Below, piece by piece: positions 8,285-18,454 of a DNA stretch of 64,000 nucleotides. The DNA is taken from positions 2,916 through 66,915 of IMG/VR virus record IMGVR_UViG_3300047469_000054, one strand, 5' to 3'. Under the pieces are notes generated by a model. That model was not told the origin of the DNA. It did not search any database and saw only the letters and a list, made by a program, of their open reading frames with translations. Source of the stretch: a virus. The translations under genes were made by a program, and so were the position numbers. The number at the start of each line of letters is the position of its first letter. Position 1 is the first letter of the stretch.

Positions 8285-9214
8285 GTGGCACCATTCACCA
8301 AACCGCAACCAAGTACGGTAAAGGCTATCTATCGAGCATATGAGGCGCAGGTAGAGGAATGGGATTCCGTAGGCATATCGGTAAGCGAATGCGGGTTAGA
8401 ATGTGATCGCGCCCTCTGGTATAACTTGCGTTGGTCCGTGCATGGTGAAAAGAAGCCGGGCCGCATAATCCGCCGCTTCGATACGGGCGCGCGTGAAGAG
8501 CCTAGATTGATCGCTGACTTGACGATGACAGGCGCAAGCGTCAGTGATCGTCAGAAGGCCGTAAACCTTGTTGGTGGTCACGTACGCGGCAAGATGGACG
8601 GACTAGCGCGCAACATGATTGAGGCGCCGAAGAAGACTCACGTCCTGGAGACGAAAGCACTAAACAAGAAGAGATTTACCGCCGTCGTTCGCCATGGTTG
8701 CCGCAAGGCAGAACCTATGCACTTCGCCCAATGCCAGCTTGGTATGCATGCGGAAGGTCTGGAGCGCGCCGCATACTTCATCGAAAATACAGACGATGAT
8801 TCGCTATGGCTGGAGCGCATAGAATACGACATCTATTATGCGTCATCGCTGGTGTCTCGCCTATTACGGATAGTCGAAAGCCCTAAGCCGCCTGGACGTC
8901 TATGCAGCAACGAGGACGATCATCGCGGTATGTTCTGCAAGAATAAGTCAGTATGCTTTGGTGGCGAGCTTCTGCGCCACACTTGCCGCTCATGCATCTA
9001 TTCCAAGGCGGAAATGAGCGGCAATGCCGTATGGTCATGTCAGCTTCGCGAGCGCGTGATTACGACCGAAGAGCAAAAGGCAGCATGTCCACAACACCTT
9101 AATATTCCGGCTACTGTTCCAGGAGAGCAGATCGACGTTGATAAAGAGGCGGGAACGATAACGTATCGTATGGAAGATGATATTATTTGGACAGATGGAC
9201 CGGAGGCGTTTTGA
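8285..9214 (+). CDS. Cas4-like PD-(D/E)XK exonuclease
   Basis: ECDRALWY, GKMDG, LETKA, QCQLGMH motifs; Cys-rich C-terminus. Confidence 0.75.
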   Translation: MAPFTKPQPSTVKAIYRAYEAQVEEWDSVGISVSECGLECDRALWYNLRWSVHGEKKPGRIIRRFDTGAREEPRLIADLTMTGASVSDRQKAVNLVGGHVRGKMDGLARNMIEAPKKTHVLETKALNKKRFTAVVRHGCRKAEPMHFAQCQLGMHAEGLERAAYFIENTDDDSLWLERIEYDIYYASSLVSRLLRIVESPKPPGRLCSNEDDHRGMFCKNKSVCFGGELLRHTCRSCIYSKAEMSGNAVWSCQLRERVITTEEQKAACPQHLNIPATVPGEQIDVDKEAGTITYRMEDDIIWTDGPEAF

Positions 9215-9239
9215 CATTGCGTCCATGGGGAGATAATCA
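9211..9239 (+). promoter_or_regulatory. sigma70-type promoter
   Basis: TTGACA-17 bp-TAATCA upstream of AAGGAGG RBS and ORF 9270. Confidence 0.5.
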
Positions 9240-9269
9240 TAGCTGCATCATGAAGCAAGGAGGCATAGC

Positions 9270-9727
9270 ATGGATTTGAAGGGTTTTAAGATCAGCAATG
9301 GTAGCGCTATTTCGGTGGCCGTTGATAATGATGGCAATACGCGTGTGAAAAAAATCACCTTCAATAAGAAGGGGAAGATTCGAAAATCGATCGATTGGAT
9401 TTCCGATATGCCTTTCGATGCGTTCATGCGTGCCAATAACATTCCGGTATATGTCAAGAAATGAACCGTGCCGCAGCGAGAAGCTTAACCGTCGATGCTA
9501 TTGAAGGCAAAGAATCCATTGTAATCGAGAATGCCAGCGGCAAGGTTTTGGGATTCGTTGGCGACGATGGTATTTGGGAATCATCAAACGTGACTCCTTA
9601 TTTATTGCTGTCAAGGATGATAGCGGATCCGGCTAGACATGCCGGAGGCAAAGATGCGCGCCTTAATTTAGTAAAGGCCGCAAACCGATTGCGCATTCGC
9701 GCTGTAATGAAAATGCTATTTTCCTAA
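9270..9727 (+). CDS. Two small hypothetical proteins (9270-9464, 9461-9727)
   Basis: Strong RBS; ATGA coupling. Confidence 0.55.
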
Positions 9728-9741
9728 TTATGGGAGACACT

Positions 9742-10302
9742 ATGAAAAAAGAGCTTGACGTAGAAAACCGTCCGGAATCATTTAACGAGCGAATTATGCA
9801 GTATATGCCCGGCCTCAACAGTGCTGCACGGCGATGGTATCCAGGGCAATCGGAGAAAGCATCTGAGCTAGTTGTAGATACGATTGTGTATGCCCTGGAG
9901 AATTGGCGAGGATATCGAGAAGAGGCGGACGCGTTTCACTCTTGGCTAATGTGGCGCATGCGAGATTGCGTAACGAAGAAGCGACGCGGAGAGTTTAGGC
10001 ATTCGCAAACGTTCGTAGATAGCGGATTGCTTCAGGTTCCGCATTCGGGAGAAGAGCGCGGCGACCATGTGGAGAATCTTAGCGATAGGTTCGATGGTGG
10101 ATGTCAGCCAAGCCAAGAGGATTACGTAGCGCTAAAGCAAACTATCGAGAAGATAAACAAGGAGCGCTATGGTCATGATCTTCTGAAGGAGGCTGCCGGA
10201 TATTCACTATCTGAGTTGACGGAGAATAAAGTATCAAAACAGGCTGTGCAACAAAGAATTGCGGCGACACGTAAGCGATTGGGAGCAAGTCCATATGCAT
10301 GA
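9742..10302 (+). CDS. ECF/sigma70-like protein, copy 1
   Basis: Region-2-like (ASELVVDTIVYAL..W..Y....AFHSWLMWRMR) and C-terminal HTH (GYSLSEL....VSKQAVQQRI). Confidence 0.6.
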   Translation: MKKELDVENRPESFNERIMQYMPGLNSAARRWYPGQSEKASELVVDTIVYALENWRGYREEADAFHSWLMWRMRDCVTKKRRGEFRHSQTFVDSGLLQVPHSGEERGDHVENLSDRFDGGCQPSQEDYVALKQTIEKINKERYGHDLLKEAAGYSLSELTENKVSKQAVQQRIAATRKRLGASPYA

Positions 10303-10804
10303 TTCCAGGCCACCCGAATTTGATGAACGGGTGATGAAGTATTTCCCAGCTATTTTGAAGTGGTGCAATAAAGCATCCGGCGATAGACATATCGCTTACG
10401 ACATGGCTGTTGATGTTGTAGAATATTGTTTGGTGCATTGGCAGAATTTTCGCGAAGATGGCGGCTTTTATAATTGGCTGCACTGGCAGTTTCGCGGATA
10501 TGTCAGTAATCAGGCTCAAAAGCATAAGCGCGATATGCACAATAGAGGCGGCGCTTTGGTGGCAATCGACGCCTACACACCTAATGAAGCTAGTGCTTTC
10601 CTGCCTCACACACAAAGTCACGCCGCCAAGGTTGAGGCGAGCACAACAATCGCCATGTTATCCAAGGTGAAGGATTTCGACATGGCGTATCGTCATGCTG
10701 AAGGCGAAAGCTATGTTGACATCGCAAAGGATTACAGCCTCTCGCATCAACGTGTACAACAGCGCGTTGAGAAGTTTCGGGAGGTTGCCAAGAGGAAGAT
10801 TTAG
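10295..10804 (+). CDS. ECF/sigma70-like protein, copy 2
   Basis: Paralogue of the upstream gene; GFYNWLHW; GESYVDIAKDYSLSHQRVQQRV HTH. Confidence 0.6.
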   Translation: MHDSRPPEFDERVMKYFPAILKWCNKASGDRHIAYDMAVDVVEYCLVHWQNFREDGGFYNWLHWQFRGYVSNQAQKHKRDMHNRGGALVAIDAYTPNEASAFLPHTQSHAAKVEASTTIAMLSKVKDFDMAYRHAEGESYVDIAKDYSLSHQRVQQRVEKFREVAKRKI

Positions 10805-10807
10805 TGA

Positions 10808-12571
10808 ATGCAAAATAGGTATTACCAAGACGAAGCCATCGAATCGCTATTTGAATATTGGGCTGAAGAAGCGGGCAACCCCCTAATTGATCTAGCTACG
10901 GGCGCCGGGAAAAGTTTGGTGATGGCTGGTGTAATTATCAGGCTAGTTAAAGGCTGGCCTGATATGCGCATTGGTGTAGTTACACATGTAAAAGAGCTAA
11001 TTGAGCAAAATTTCATAGAGCTTAAGGGCATTTGGCCTACAGCTCCAGCCGGTATATTTTCAGCTGGCCTTAATCGTGCTGACTTTAGGGCGCAGATTCT
11101 ATTTGGCGGCATTCAAACAATTTGGAATAAGGTCGAAAAGATTGGCTGGTTTGATGTCATTCTCATTGATGAATGTCACCTTATCCCGCATGGTGATGCT
11201 GGGAGATATGCCGAATTCTTCAAAGCCGTTCGAGAGATTAATCCTGACGTAAAGATTGTTGGGCTTACCGCAACACCATATCGCCTTGGCAGTGGTCGGC
11301 TTGACCGGGGCGAAGACAGGATGTTTGATCGCGTCATATACACATACGGCATTGCTGATGGCGTGCGCGATGGCTATCTAACGCCTCTTTCATCAAAGGC
11401 TACGGATAGCGAGATTGACATCAGGGGCGTCGGGAAGATCGCCGGGGAGCTTAATCAGAAAAAGCTTGGTAAGGCTGCCGATGAAATAACAAAGGCCGCC
11501 GTTGAAGAGATCGTGCGTAAGGGGCAAGATAAGCGCTCATGGCTGGCGTTCTGTAGCGGCAAGGATCACGCATATAGTGTTCGGGATGAAGTTAGGCGCT
11601 ATGGGATGTCATGCGAATCGATCGTTGACGATACGCCATCTGGCGAGCGGCGTGATATTCTTGAGGCATATAAGAATTATGAAATTCGATGCCTTACGAA
11701 CAATAGTGTTCTCACTACCGGCTTCAACCATAAGGGCGTTGATCTTATCGCAGCATTGCGGCCCACTCTTAGCGTTAGTCTGTATTTGCAGATGCTCGGT
11801 CGCGGGACTCGAATCCTTTATGCTCCAGGCATGCCGCTGGATACCGCAGAGCAACGCAAAGCTGCGATTGCCGCAGGACCTAAGCCCGTATGCTTAGTGC
11901 TAGACTTCGCACGCCTGATTGATACTCACGGTCCAGTTGATAGCGTAGAAATAGCCGACCCATCTAGCGGGAATGGCGTTGCGCCGATCAAGAAGTGCCC
12001 TACAGATCAAAAGGACAAGGCAGGGCGCTGTGGTTGTGGCGAAAAGATTCATGCTAGCGTACGGCGCTGTACGGCCATTAATCAAGAGACCGGATTGGAA
12101 TGCGGTTTTGAATTCGACTTCGATACGGGACCGAAGATTGACGCGGTAGCCGCTGACAAGCCGGTTATGAAAATGGCCGAAGCTGAATGGCGGACGGTTA
12201 TGCATCGTCAATTCAAGCTACACCAGAAAGGCAAGGCGCCAAGCATTAAGGTTGCGTACATCAATGGCAAATCGCAGATTTATGAGTGGCTATGTCCAGA
12301 GCACGGCGGCATGTTGAGTAAGCACGCGGCGTTCTTTTGGGAGAAGCATAATGGCGAATTCCCTCCGCCTGCAACAGCGCTAGAATGGCTTGAGCGACAA
12401 AATGAGCTAGACTATACGCAAGGGGTACTTGTCAAGCCCGGAAAAAACGGATATTGGGATTACAAGGACTACGAACCAAGCAAGCGCGTTAGTGAGCGGC
12501 TGCTGTTTTTGAAGCCAAAAGAAGAGCGTCGCGGATTGGCCGCAGACATGAATGATGATATTCCGTTTTGA
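10808..12571 (+). CDS. SF2 DExH helicase (RadD/YejH-like) with Zn ribbon
   Basis: RYYQ Q-motif, ATGAGKS, DECH, TATP, LTTGFN, QMLGRGTR; Cys cluster; ends NDDIPF. Confidence 0.9.
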   Translation: MQNRYYQDEAIESLFEYWAEEAGNPLIDLATGAGKSLVMAGVIIRLVKGWPDMRIGVVTHVKELIEQNFIELKGIWPTAPAGIFSAGLNRADFRAQILFGGIQTIWNKVEKIGWFDVILIDECHLIPHGDAGRYAEFFKAVREINPDVKIVGLTATPYRLGSGRLDRGEDRMFDRVIYTYGIADGVRDGYLTPLSSKATDSEIDIRGVGKIAGELNQKKLGKAADEITKAAVEEIVRKGQDKRSWLAFCSGKDHAYSVRDEVRRYGMSCESIVDDTPSGERRDILEAYKNYEIRCLTNNSVLTTGFNHKGVDLIAALRPTLSVSLYLQMLGRGTRILYAPGMPLDTAEQRKAAIAAGPKPVCLVLDFARLIDTHGPVDSVEIADPSSGNGVAPIKKCPTDQKDKAGRCGCGEKIHASVRRCTAINQETGLECGFEFDFDTGPKIDAVAADKPVMKMAEAEWRTVMHRQFKLHQKGKAPSIKVAYINGKSQIYEWLCPEHGGMLSKHAAFFWEKHNGEFPPPATALEWLERQNELDYTQGVLVKPGKNGYWDYKDYEPSKRVSERLLFLKPKEERRGLAADMNDDIPF

Positions 12572-12582
12572 GGAGATAAGGC

Positions 12583-13035
12583 ATGAGTGGACGCGAAGTA
12601 CGTAAGGTTCCAGCAAGTTGGATTCACCCGCGATACACGGCTGACGATGCGCCATTTCAACAGGCTATTGGGCGCTATATTCCGCTTGATGTTGGTTATA
12701 ACGGTAATGCTTGTAGATGGATAGATGAAGCAGAGCGCGACCTACAATCTGCGCTTGATAATTACGGCAATCCTCCTGACAAGAATAAATACATGCCTGA
12801 ATGGCGCGATGAAGAATGTACGCACTTCATGATGTATGAGACGACATCAGAGGGGACGCCGCTAAGTCCGCCAATCGATACGCCTGAACATCTTGCGGAA
12901 TTTCTGGTAACTACAGGCGCTTGCGTGTTCGCAGACCTTACAGCCACCTATGACCAATGGCTGAAGATCATCAACGGCGGCAATGTTTCAATCACGTTAT
13001 GGCCGAGAGGAGGGCATGCATATGAAGTGCTTTAA
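12583..13035 (+). CDS. Conserved phage hypothetical protein
   Basis: GREVRKVP..W.HP and MYETTSEGTP.SP motifs recalled from many phage proteins; GAGGAG RBS. Confidence 0.6.
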   Translation: MSGREVRKVPASWIHPRYTADDAPFQQAIGRYIPLDVGYNGNACRWIDEAERDLQSALDNYGNPPDKNKYMPEWRDEECTHFMMYETTSEGTPLSPPIDTPEHLAEFLVTTGACVFADLTATYDQWLKIINGGNVSITLWPRGGHAYEVL

Positions 13036-13384
13036 GTGCGATGGTTGCGGTAAGTTAGCTATGAATCCGGCTGCATACCTAGCTGAGATTCGCGAGAAGC
13101 CGTGCGTCATCTCTTGTTGTCCAGAGACGGATTTTAAGCCGTATGATACGGGTGAATATGATCTAAAGAAGATGCACTTCATTGAGAGTGCGGCCTCTGA
13201 CCCAACTAATAAATTCTGGATAGATGATTCGTTTACATGGTCAGATTCTCCGCAGGGATTGTTATTTTGGTGCGACAAGGCCAATAAGCACAAGGATGGC
13301 CAAAACATAGGCCAGCCAGCATTCAACGCAATCACTGACATGATTCGTCAGAACCGAGAGGAGAAAACCATTCATGGCCGGTAA
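13022..13384 (+). CDS. Hypothetical protein
   Basis: N-terminal CxxC; F.WSDSPQG..FW motif. Confidence 0.5.
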   Translation: MKCFKCDGCGKLAMNPAAYLAEIREKPCVISCCPETDFKPYDTGEYDLKKMHFIESAASDPTNKFWIDDSFTWSDSPQGLLFWCDKANKHKDGQNIGQPAFNAITDMIRQNREEKTIHGR

Positions 13385-14183
13385 ACGCAAACCAGATTAC
13401 GACCCAATGGCGGTTGGCGCAATGCATGCAGAAAATATAGCAGCCATTGCCGAGTATGAAGGGCAACCGGCGAAGGGTCACAACAATCCTCCTGACGACT
13501 TCGCGGAGCGCAAAGCTACAGCACTGAAGGCGATTGACGACCTTTACGATGAAGCCGTCAACTGGTGTGACGGGGAGCCGATCGCATCAGAAGAAATGCA
13601 CGATGGCGTCACTAAGCTTTACGATGGCCTGACGGCTGCCGCCAAGCTTGCCGATTGCCTTCGAGTCGAGGAAAAAAAGCCACTTGATGACAAGGTGGCC
13701 GCTATTCAGGCTGAATTCAATCCGTATATCCAAAAGGATCGAGGTAAGGTCGATAAGGCCAAGAAGTCCCTTTCTGAATTGCTTACCGTATGGCGCAAGA
13801 AGGTTGCCGATGAAAAGGCCGCAATTGCCGCCAAGATCGCCGCTGAAGCCGCTGAAGCCAGAAGGCTAGCGGAAATTGCCGTTCGCTCATCCACGGGCAA
13901 CCTCATGGCGCGAGATGAGGCTGAAGACGAACTGAAAGAGGCCAAGGCGCTAGAGAGGGAAGCGACGCGCGCATATAAAGGCGCCACTACCGGCCTGGGC
14001 TTGCGGACGGTCACAAACGTAAAGCTTAAGGATGATCCTGAAGATGGCATGAATTGGGCATTTGATTTCGACCCGGAGCGGTTCTATGCTATAGCTGAAG
14101 AAATTGCAGCGGAGCATGTTAGAATCAATAAGCTTGATGGGCTTGTTGGATTTAACATCATTAAAGAGAAGCTTGCGCGGTGA
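13374..14183 (+). CDS. Coiled-coil phage protein of the recombination module
   Basis: GHNNPP motif; R.EEKKP...GK coiled coil; GAGGAG RBS. Confidence 0.6.
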   Translation: MAGKRKPDYDPMAVGAMHAENIAAIAEYEGQPAKGHNNPPDDFAERKATALKAIDDLYDEAVNWCDGEPIASEEMHDGVTKLYDGLTAAAKLADCLRVEEKKPLDDKVAAIQAEFNPYIQKDRGKVDKAKKSLSELLTVWRKKVADEKAAIAAKIAAEAAEARRLAEIAVRSSTGNLMARDEAEDELKEAKALEREATRAYKGATTGLGLRTVTNVKLKDDPEDGMNWAFDFDPERFYAIAEEIAAEHVRINKLDGLVGFNIIKEKLAR

Positions 14184-14548
14184 CATTCGAATGTACCACG
14201 GAACCAACGGTGTGCTGGCTTTGCGGCATGACGGCTACAGGAATAGGGATTCCATCAAAGCAATACAGAGGAAAGCCTTGCTGGCTTTGCGAGGAGTGCG
14301 CTAAGATAATGCCGATATTGAAAGAGGCAAAGGCTTTGGACATTTACGAGCTTCGCGCCATTCGAGATGGCGGGGTGCCTGCCGTTGGAGAATATCTAGA
14401 TACTATTGGCATTACCGATTTAGCGCTTATGGATGAGCTTGACGCGGCTGCAATCGTCAAATATGCTTGGCTTGGCACAGTAAAGAAGTTGCGTGAGCTT
14501 ATCGAGGAATACGAGGGCGCAGTTCCGCCAAGAGAGGATAGACGTTGA
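14180..14548 (+). CDS. Zn-binding hypothetical protein upstream of primase
   Basis: CWLC...CEEC; coupled to the primase gene. Confidence 0.55.
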   Translation: MTFECTTEPTVCWLCGMTATGIGIPSKQYRGKPCWLCEECAKIMPILKEAKALDIYELRAIRDGGVPAVGEYLDTIGITDLALMDELDAAAIVKYAWLGTVKKLRELIEEYEGAVPPREDRR

Positions 14549-16839
14549 CCGACAAGACCGACAAGACCGACTATATCAGCGCAATGTATGCGCTTGCGCA
14601 AATATACGCCTTCGAACTTGAGTGGGTGATTTTTCCGACTCGTGAAAAGGATGGTTTGCAGTGGGATGAAACAGAAAATGATTACGTCCAGAAGCTAGAG
14701 AAGTCGCCATATATCCGTAACGGCCTACGGGGAGCAAAGCGCTCTAAGGCAGCCATAGAGGCGTGGTGGAAGCGGCTACACCCTAATGCAATGATTGGCT
14801 TGCCCACTGGCGAGCTTAACGGCATTTGGGTGCTTGATATCGACGTACCAAGTCACGAACATGAATCTAGCGGTTGGATCTGGCTTGAAGAAATGCAGAA
14901 GCTTCATGGAAAGCTACCGGAAACGAGAACGGCCAAGACGGCTAATGGTGGCCTGCATTTCTACTTCAATTACGTTGATGGCATCCGCAATGGGGCTGGC
15001 AAGGAATCTGGCCTTGGCGATGGCGTTGACGTGCGCGGTGAAGGCGGTTACGTGGTCGCCCCAGGTTCTATTTTGGCAGATGGTCGTTTTTATGAATGGT
15101 CATGCGACGACGATACTCCAATTGCAGACGCGCCGCAGTGGCTGCTTGATATCGTCGTTAAGAAGCATGAGCCGCGCGAATACGAGCGCCGTGTATCGTC
15201 GCCGTCGCCAAGCGGACAGACGAAAAACCAACGTTATGCCAATGCTGTTCTTGATGACGAGATTCGCAACTTGGAGAGCATGGGTGCAGGTGGCCGTGGA
15301 TTTGCGCTCAACCAGTCAGCGTTCAAGCTTGGCTCAATGGTGACGGCTGGCGAGCTTTCACAAGCGCAAGTCGAGGATGCATTGTTTAATGCCGCTGTCT
15401 CCAATGGTCTTGTAGCTACGGATGGAGAGCGGCAGTGTTGGGATAAAATCAGGCGAGGAATGAATGCTGGTGGTCGAAATCCTCGCGCCGTACCGGATTC
15501 GATGCACAATGATGAGCGTTCAAATTTGCGGCTTCGCGACCTGAAGAAGGTTATTGAGCGTGCCGTAACAAAAAGCAAGATGAGCGAAGAGGATGCCCGC
15601 GACTACAAAGAGGAGGAAGAACCTGAAGAGGAAAACCTCCCTTTTCGGATGACACCTTATTTGTGGGTAGATCCAAAAAAGCTCGCTAAGCGTGAGTTTG
15701 TTTATGGCAATCATTATGTACGTAAGTACATATCGTTTACCGTGGCGGCTGGTGGCGCAGGTAAGACGTCAAACTGTATCGCTGAAGCGCTATCAATGAC
15801 ATCAGGGCTTAACCTAACTGGCTTTCAGCCTAAGCAGAAATATAATGTATGGATGTACAACGCTGAAGATCCGATTGACGAACTTCAGCGGCGCATTCAG
15901 GCTTGCGCGACATATTACAAGCTTCGTCCCGATGACTTCGAAGGCCGATTCTTCTTGGATTCTGGGCGCGAACAGGAAATCGTCATCATGCGAGATGACC
16001 GCAAGAATGGTATCGTAACAGTTGAGCCTCTAGTAGACGCTATTGTTGAGTACTTCTTGCGCAATAAAATTGATGTCGCTATTGTTGATCCATTCGTTAA
16101 GACGCATGGCGTCAACGAGAACGATAACGGCTCGATTGACAAGGTGCTAGGCTTGTGGACGCAGATTGCTGATTATACTAACACGGCGATTGAACTTATC
16201 CACCATACAAAAAAGGTTGAGGGACGCAAGGTTGCCGTTGATGACGCTCGCGGCGGATCTGCCATTATTGGCGCGGCCCGATCCATTCGAGCACTCAATG
16301 TCATGGATGAGAAAGAAGCGCAAGCGGCGCGCGTTAAGGCTGATGATCGCCTATCATACTTCAGTATCGACATTGGCAAATCCAATATGGCTAAGCGCAA
16401 GGTGATGCCTGATTGGCGTCAGATTGTTGGAGAGGGCAACAAGAATGGCACTGGACGCGGCGGCTTGATTGACCAAGACTTTTCGCCAGTAGCGACGGAA
16501 TTTGTCTTGCCGGAATCGCAAGAGGCGCTTACCGATGTTGATGACAAACAAATCGAATTGATCATCGTAAACTTGCGTTCTGGTCAGCATCAAGTTAACC
16601 CGGCTGGCAACGGGTGGGCTGGTCACATGGTTGGCGAGGTTCTTGGCATCGCTACCGATAAGGAAAGCAAGGATGGGCGCGTCCAGGTGGCTAATATACT
16701 AGCCGTACTACACGAACAAAAACGAATCTCGAAAGTGCGGGAAGTCGTTCCAGGCAGGAGAGAGGCGCAATGGTTCTGGACAACGCCAGATGTGGCTGCT
16801 AAGAAGTTTGAAGAGCAACAGAAGGCCAAGGAGGCTTGA
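14545..16839 (+). CDS. Bifunctional primase-polymerase fused to an AAA_25/RepA-like helicase
   Basis: Prim-pol motifs IGLPTG, VLDID, TANGGLHFYF, DVRGEGGYVVAPGS; AAGGAGKT Walker A; IVDP; HHTKK; ARGGSA. Confidence 0.9.
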   Translation: MTDKTDKTDYISAMYALAQIYAFELEWVIFPTREKDGLQWDETENDYVQKLEKSPYIRNGLRGAKRSKAAIEAWWKRLHPNAMIGLPTGELNGIWVLDIDVPSHEHESSGWIWLEEMQKLHGKLPETRTAKTANGGLHFYFNYVDGIRNGAGKESGLGDGVDVRGEGGYVVAPGSILADGRFYEWSCDDDTPIADAPQWLLDIVVKKHEPREYERRVSSPSPSGQTKNQRYANAVLDDEIRNLESMGAGGRGFALNQSAFKLGSMVTAGELSQAQVEDALFNAAVSNGLVATDGERQCWDKIRRGMNAGGRNPRAVPDSMHNDERSNLRLRDLKKVIERAVTKSKMSEEDARDYKEEEEPEEENLPFRMTPYLWVDPKKLAKREFVYGNHYVRKYISFTVAAGGAGKTSNCIAEALSMTSGLNLTGFQPKQKYNVWMYNAEDPIDELQRRIQACATYYKLRPDDFEGRFFLDSGREQEIVIMRDDRKNGIVTVEPLVDAIVEYFLRNKIDVAIVDPFVKTHGVNENDNGSIDKVLGLWTQIADYTNTAIELIHHTKKVEGRKVAVDDARGGSAIIGAARSIRALNVMDEKEAQAARVKADDRLSYFSIDIGKSNMAKRKVMPDWRQIVGEGNKNGTGRGGLIDQDFSPVATEFVLPESQEALTDVDDKQIELIIVNLRSGQHQVNPAGNGWAGHMVGEVLGIATDKESKDGRVQVANILAVLHEQKRISKVREVVPGRREAQWFWTTPDVAAKKFEEQQKAKEA

Positions 16840-17020
16840 CTATGACTACATTGCGAGAAAAGGTAGCCAGCGCGTTGAGCAATGCTCGCGATAACGGTTA
16901 TTTCACTGCCAATACGCATACGCCGCGAGAGATTGCGGAGGACATGCAGGCGTGCGATTCTGATCTAGAAGGCGAAGACATTGACGCTATTGAGCGCGAG
17001 CTAAGAAAGGTGTTATTGCC

Positions 17021-17791
17021 ATGAAAGCAGTAAAATATGAAACAATAGGCGGCGTTCGCGTCGAGCGCGAATTAAAGCGTGATGAAATTCTCCCTTTGCC
17101 AGCGCTTGGCTCTCCAGAATATGAGAACGCCATAGCGCAATACAACAGCTTAATGGCCAAAGCCTACCCAACCGTAAGGCGCGTCAAAGGTCCAACCATC
17201 CTACTTGGTTCCGGTGGATATTTCGATTACGACTATCCAGAAGAAACGCCGCTGTCGATCGAGGATTACGTTTGCGGGCTGGCATTTGAATGCCGGTTCC
17301 GTGGGCAGAATGTCGAGAAGTCTACGGGGCGCCGCGTGTATTATAGTGTGGCGCAGCATGCGGTTTTGTGCTCGTATGAGGCTGAACGTTACGCCGCTAA
17401 TATGCCTGGGATGCATGATGCAATTGAAGAACTAGCATTCGAAGCCCTCATGCACGAGTCTGGTGAGCCTGTATGCGGTGACATGGTTTCACCGCTAAAA
17501 AGCAAGTTGCCGGAATACAAGACGGTCGAGAAGTATTGCGAGCATGCCATCGGCAAGTCGTTTGGCGTCGGCTTTCATTTTGCTGACATCGTCAAGAACA
17601 TCGACAATCGCATGTGGGCAACCGAACGTCGCGACCTGATGAACTGGAATGGCGAAGAATGGACGGCATGCGCGTTTGAGCCGTATTCTATTACGATTGA
17701 TCCACTTGGGCCATATGAGGCAGAGCGTCAGTTTTACGCTCGCTGGCTGGAGCTTGGCGGCGAAGAAAGGATGCGCAATGCTAGAGTCTAG
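17021..17791 (+). CDS. HD-family (YfbR-like) 5'-deoxynucleotidase; HD motif reads HE
   Basis: CRFRG...YSVAQH...ALMHESGEP.CGDM.SPLK...D......E.RDL. Confidence 0.7.
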   Translation: MKAVKYETIGGVRVERELKRDEILPLPALGSPEYENAIAQYNSLMAKAYPTVRRVKGPTILLGSGGYFDYDYPEETPLSIEDYVCGLAFECRFRGQNVEKSTGRRVYYSVAQHAVLCSYEAERYAANMPGMHDAIEELAFEALMHESGEPVCGDMVSPLKSKLPEYKTVEKYCEHAIGKSFGVGFHFADIVKNIDNRMWATERRDLMNWNGEEWTACAFEPYSITIDPLGPYEAERQFYARWLELGGEERMRNARV

Positions 17792-18454
17792 GTATGTTGA
17801 TGGGCATATATTTTGGGGAGACGAAAAGGTAAGGAACGCTTATGCTGTCGTCACTAGGTCGCGCCTACAATCATCAAGCGGGACGCACAATTTGAGCTAT
17901 CCATTCTCCCACAAAAATGTTGCTGATGCTGACGTTGATCGAGCGCTAGATCGTGGAGACGCCCTCTATCGCATTAACGTAAAGGTGAAAAAATGACTGA
18001 CACCAAAACACAACTCGGTAAACTATACGATGATCTTGGCTGCAAATTCATCGGAAAGAAAGACGCGGCTACCGTCAATAAAAAGAAATCATTGCGGCGC
18101 CTTGTCGCGGAAGCCATCAATTCGACATGCTTTTCAATCGGCCCGTCCGCATACGGTATGAATGGCGATGATGCCGAAGAAAAATTCATGACGACCATGG
18201 AGTATGGCAGTCGCATTGTGGCCCTGAAAAGGGCGGATGCCGTTATCGGGATTGTCCGCCGCGCCGACAATAAGGCGGAAATGCCGATCATTGGCCATCC
18301 GTATGAGGACGCAGTTAAAGCCATTAGGTTTGTCGTTGAAATCACTCCAGGTGACGATAGCGATTCCTTCTTGCGCCTATGGCTACACGGAGATTGGCCG
18401 GAAATTGATCGCGATTGGCCGGAATGGAAAGCATTTGTGGAGGATGGCGAGTGA
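17778..18454 (+). CDS. Two hypothetical proteins (17778-17996, 17993-18454)
   Basis: Overlapping start/stop codons. Confidence 0.5.

Noticed and set aside
8285-9214. Cas4 as evidence of a CRISPR-Cas system
   Set aside because: Stand-alone Cas4-like nucleases are common in phage recombination modules; no cas1/cas2 or array is present
17021-17791. DatZ of a 2-aminoadenine (Z) genome pathway
   Set aside because: No PurZ, MazZ or phage DNA polymerase recognised in the window
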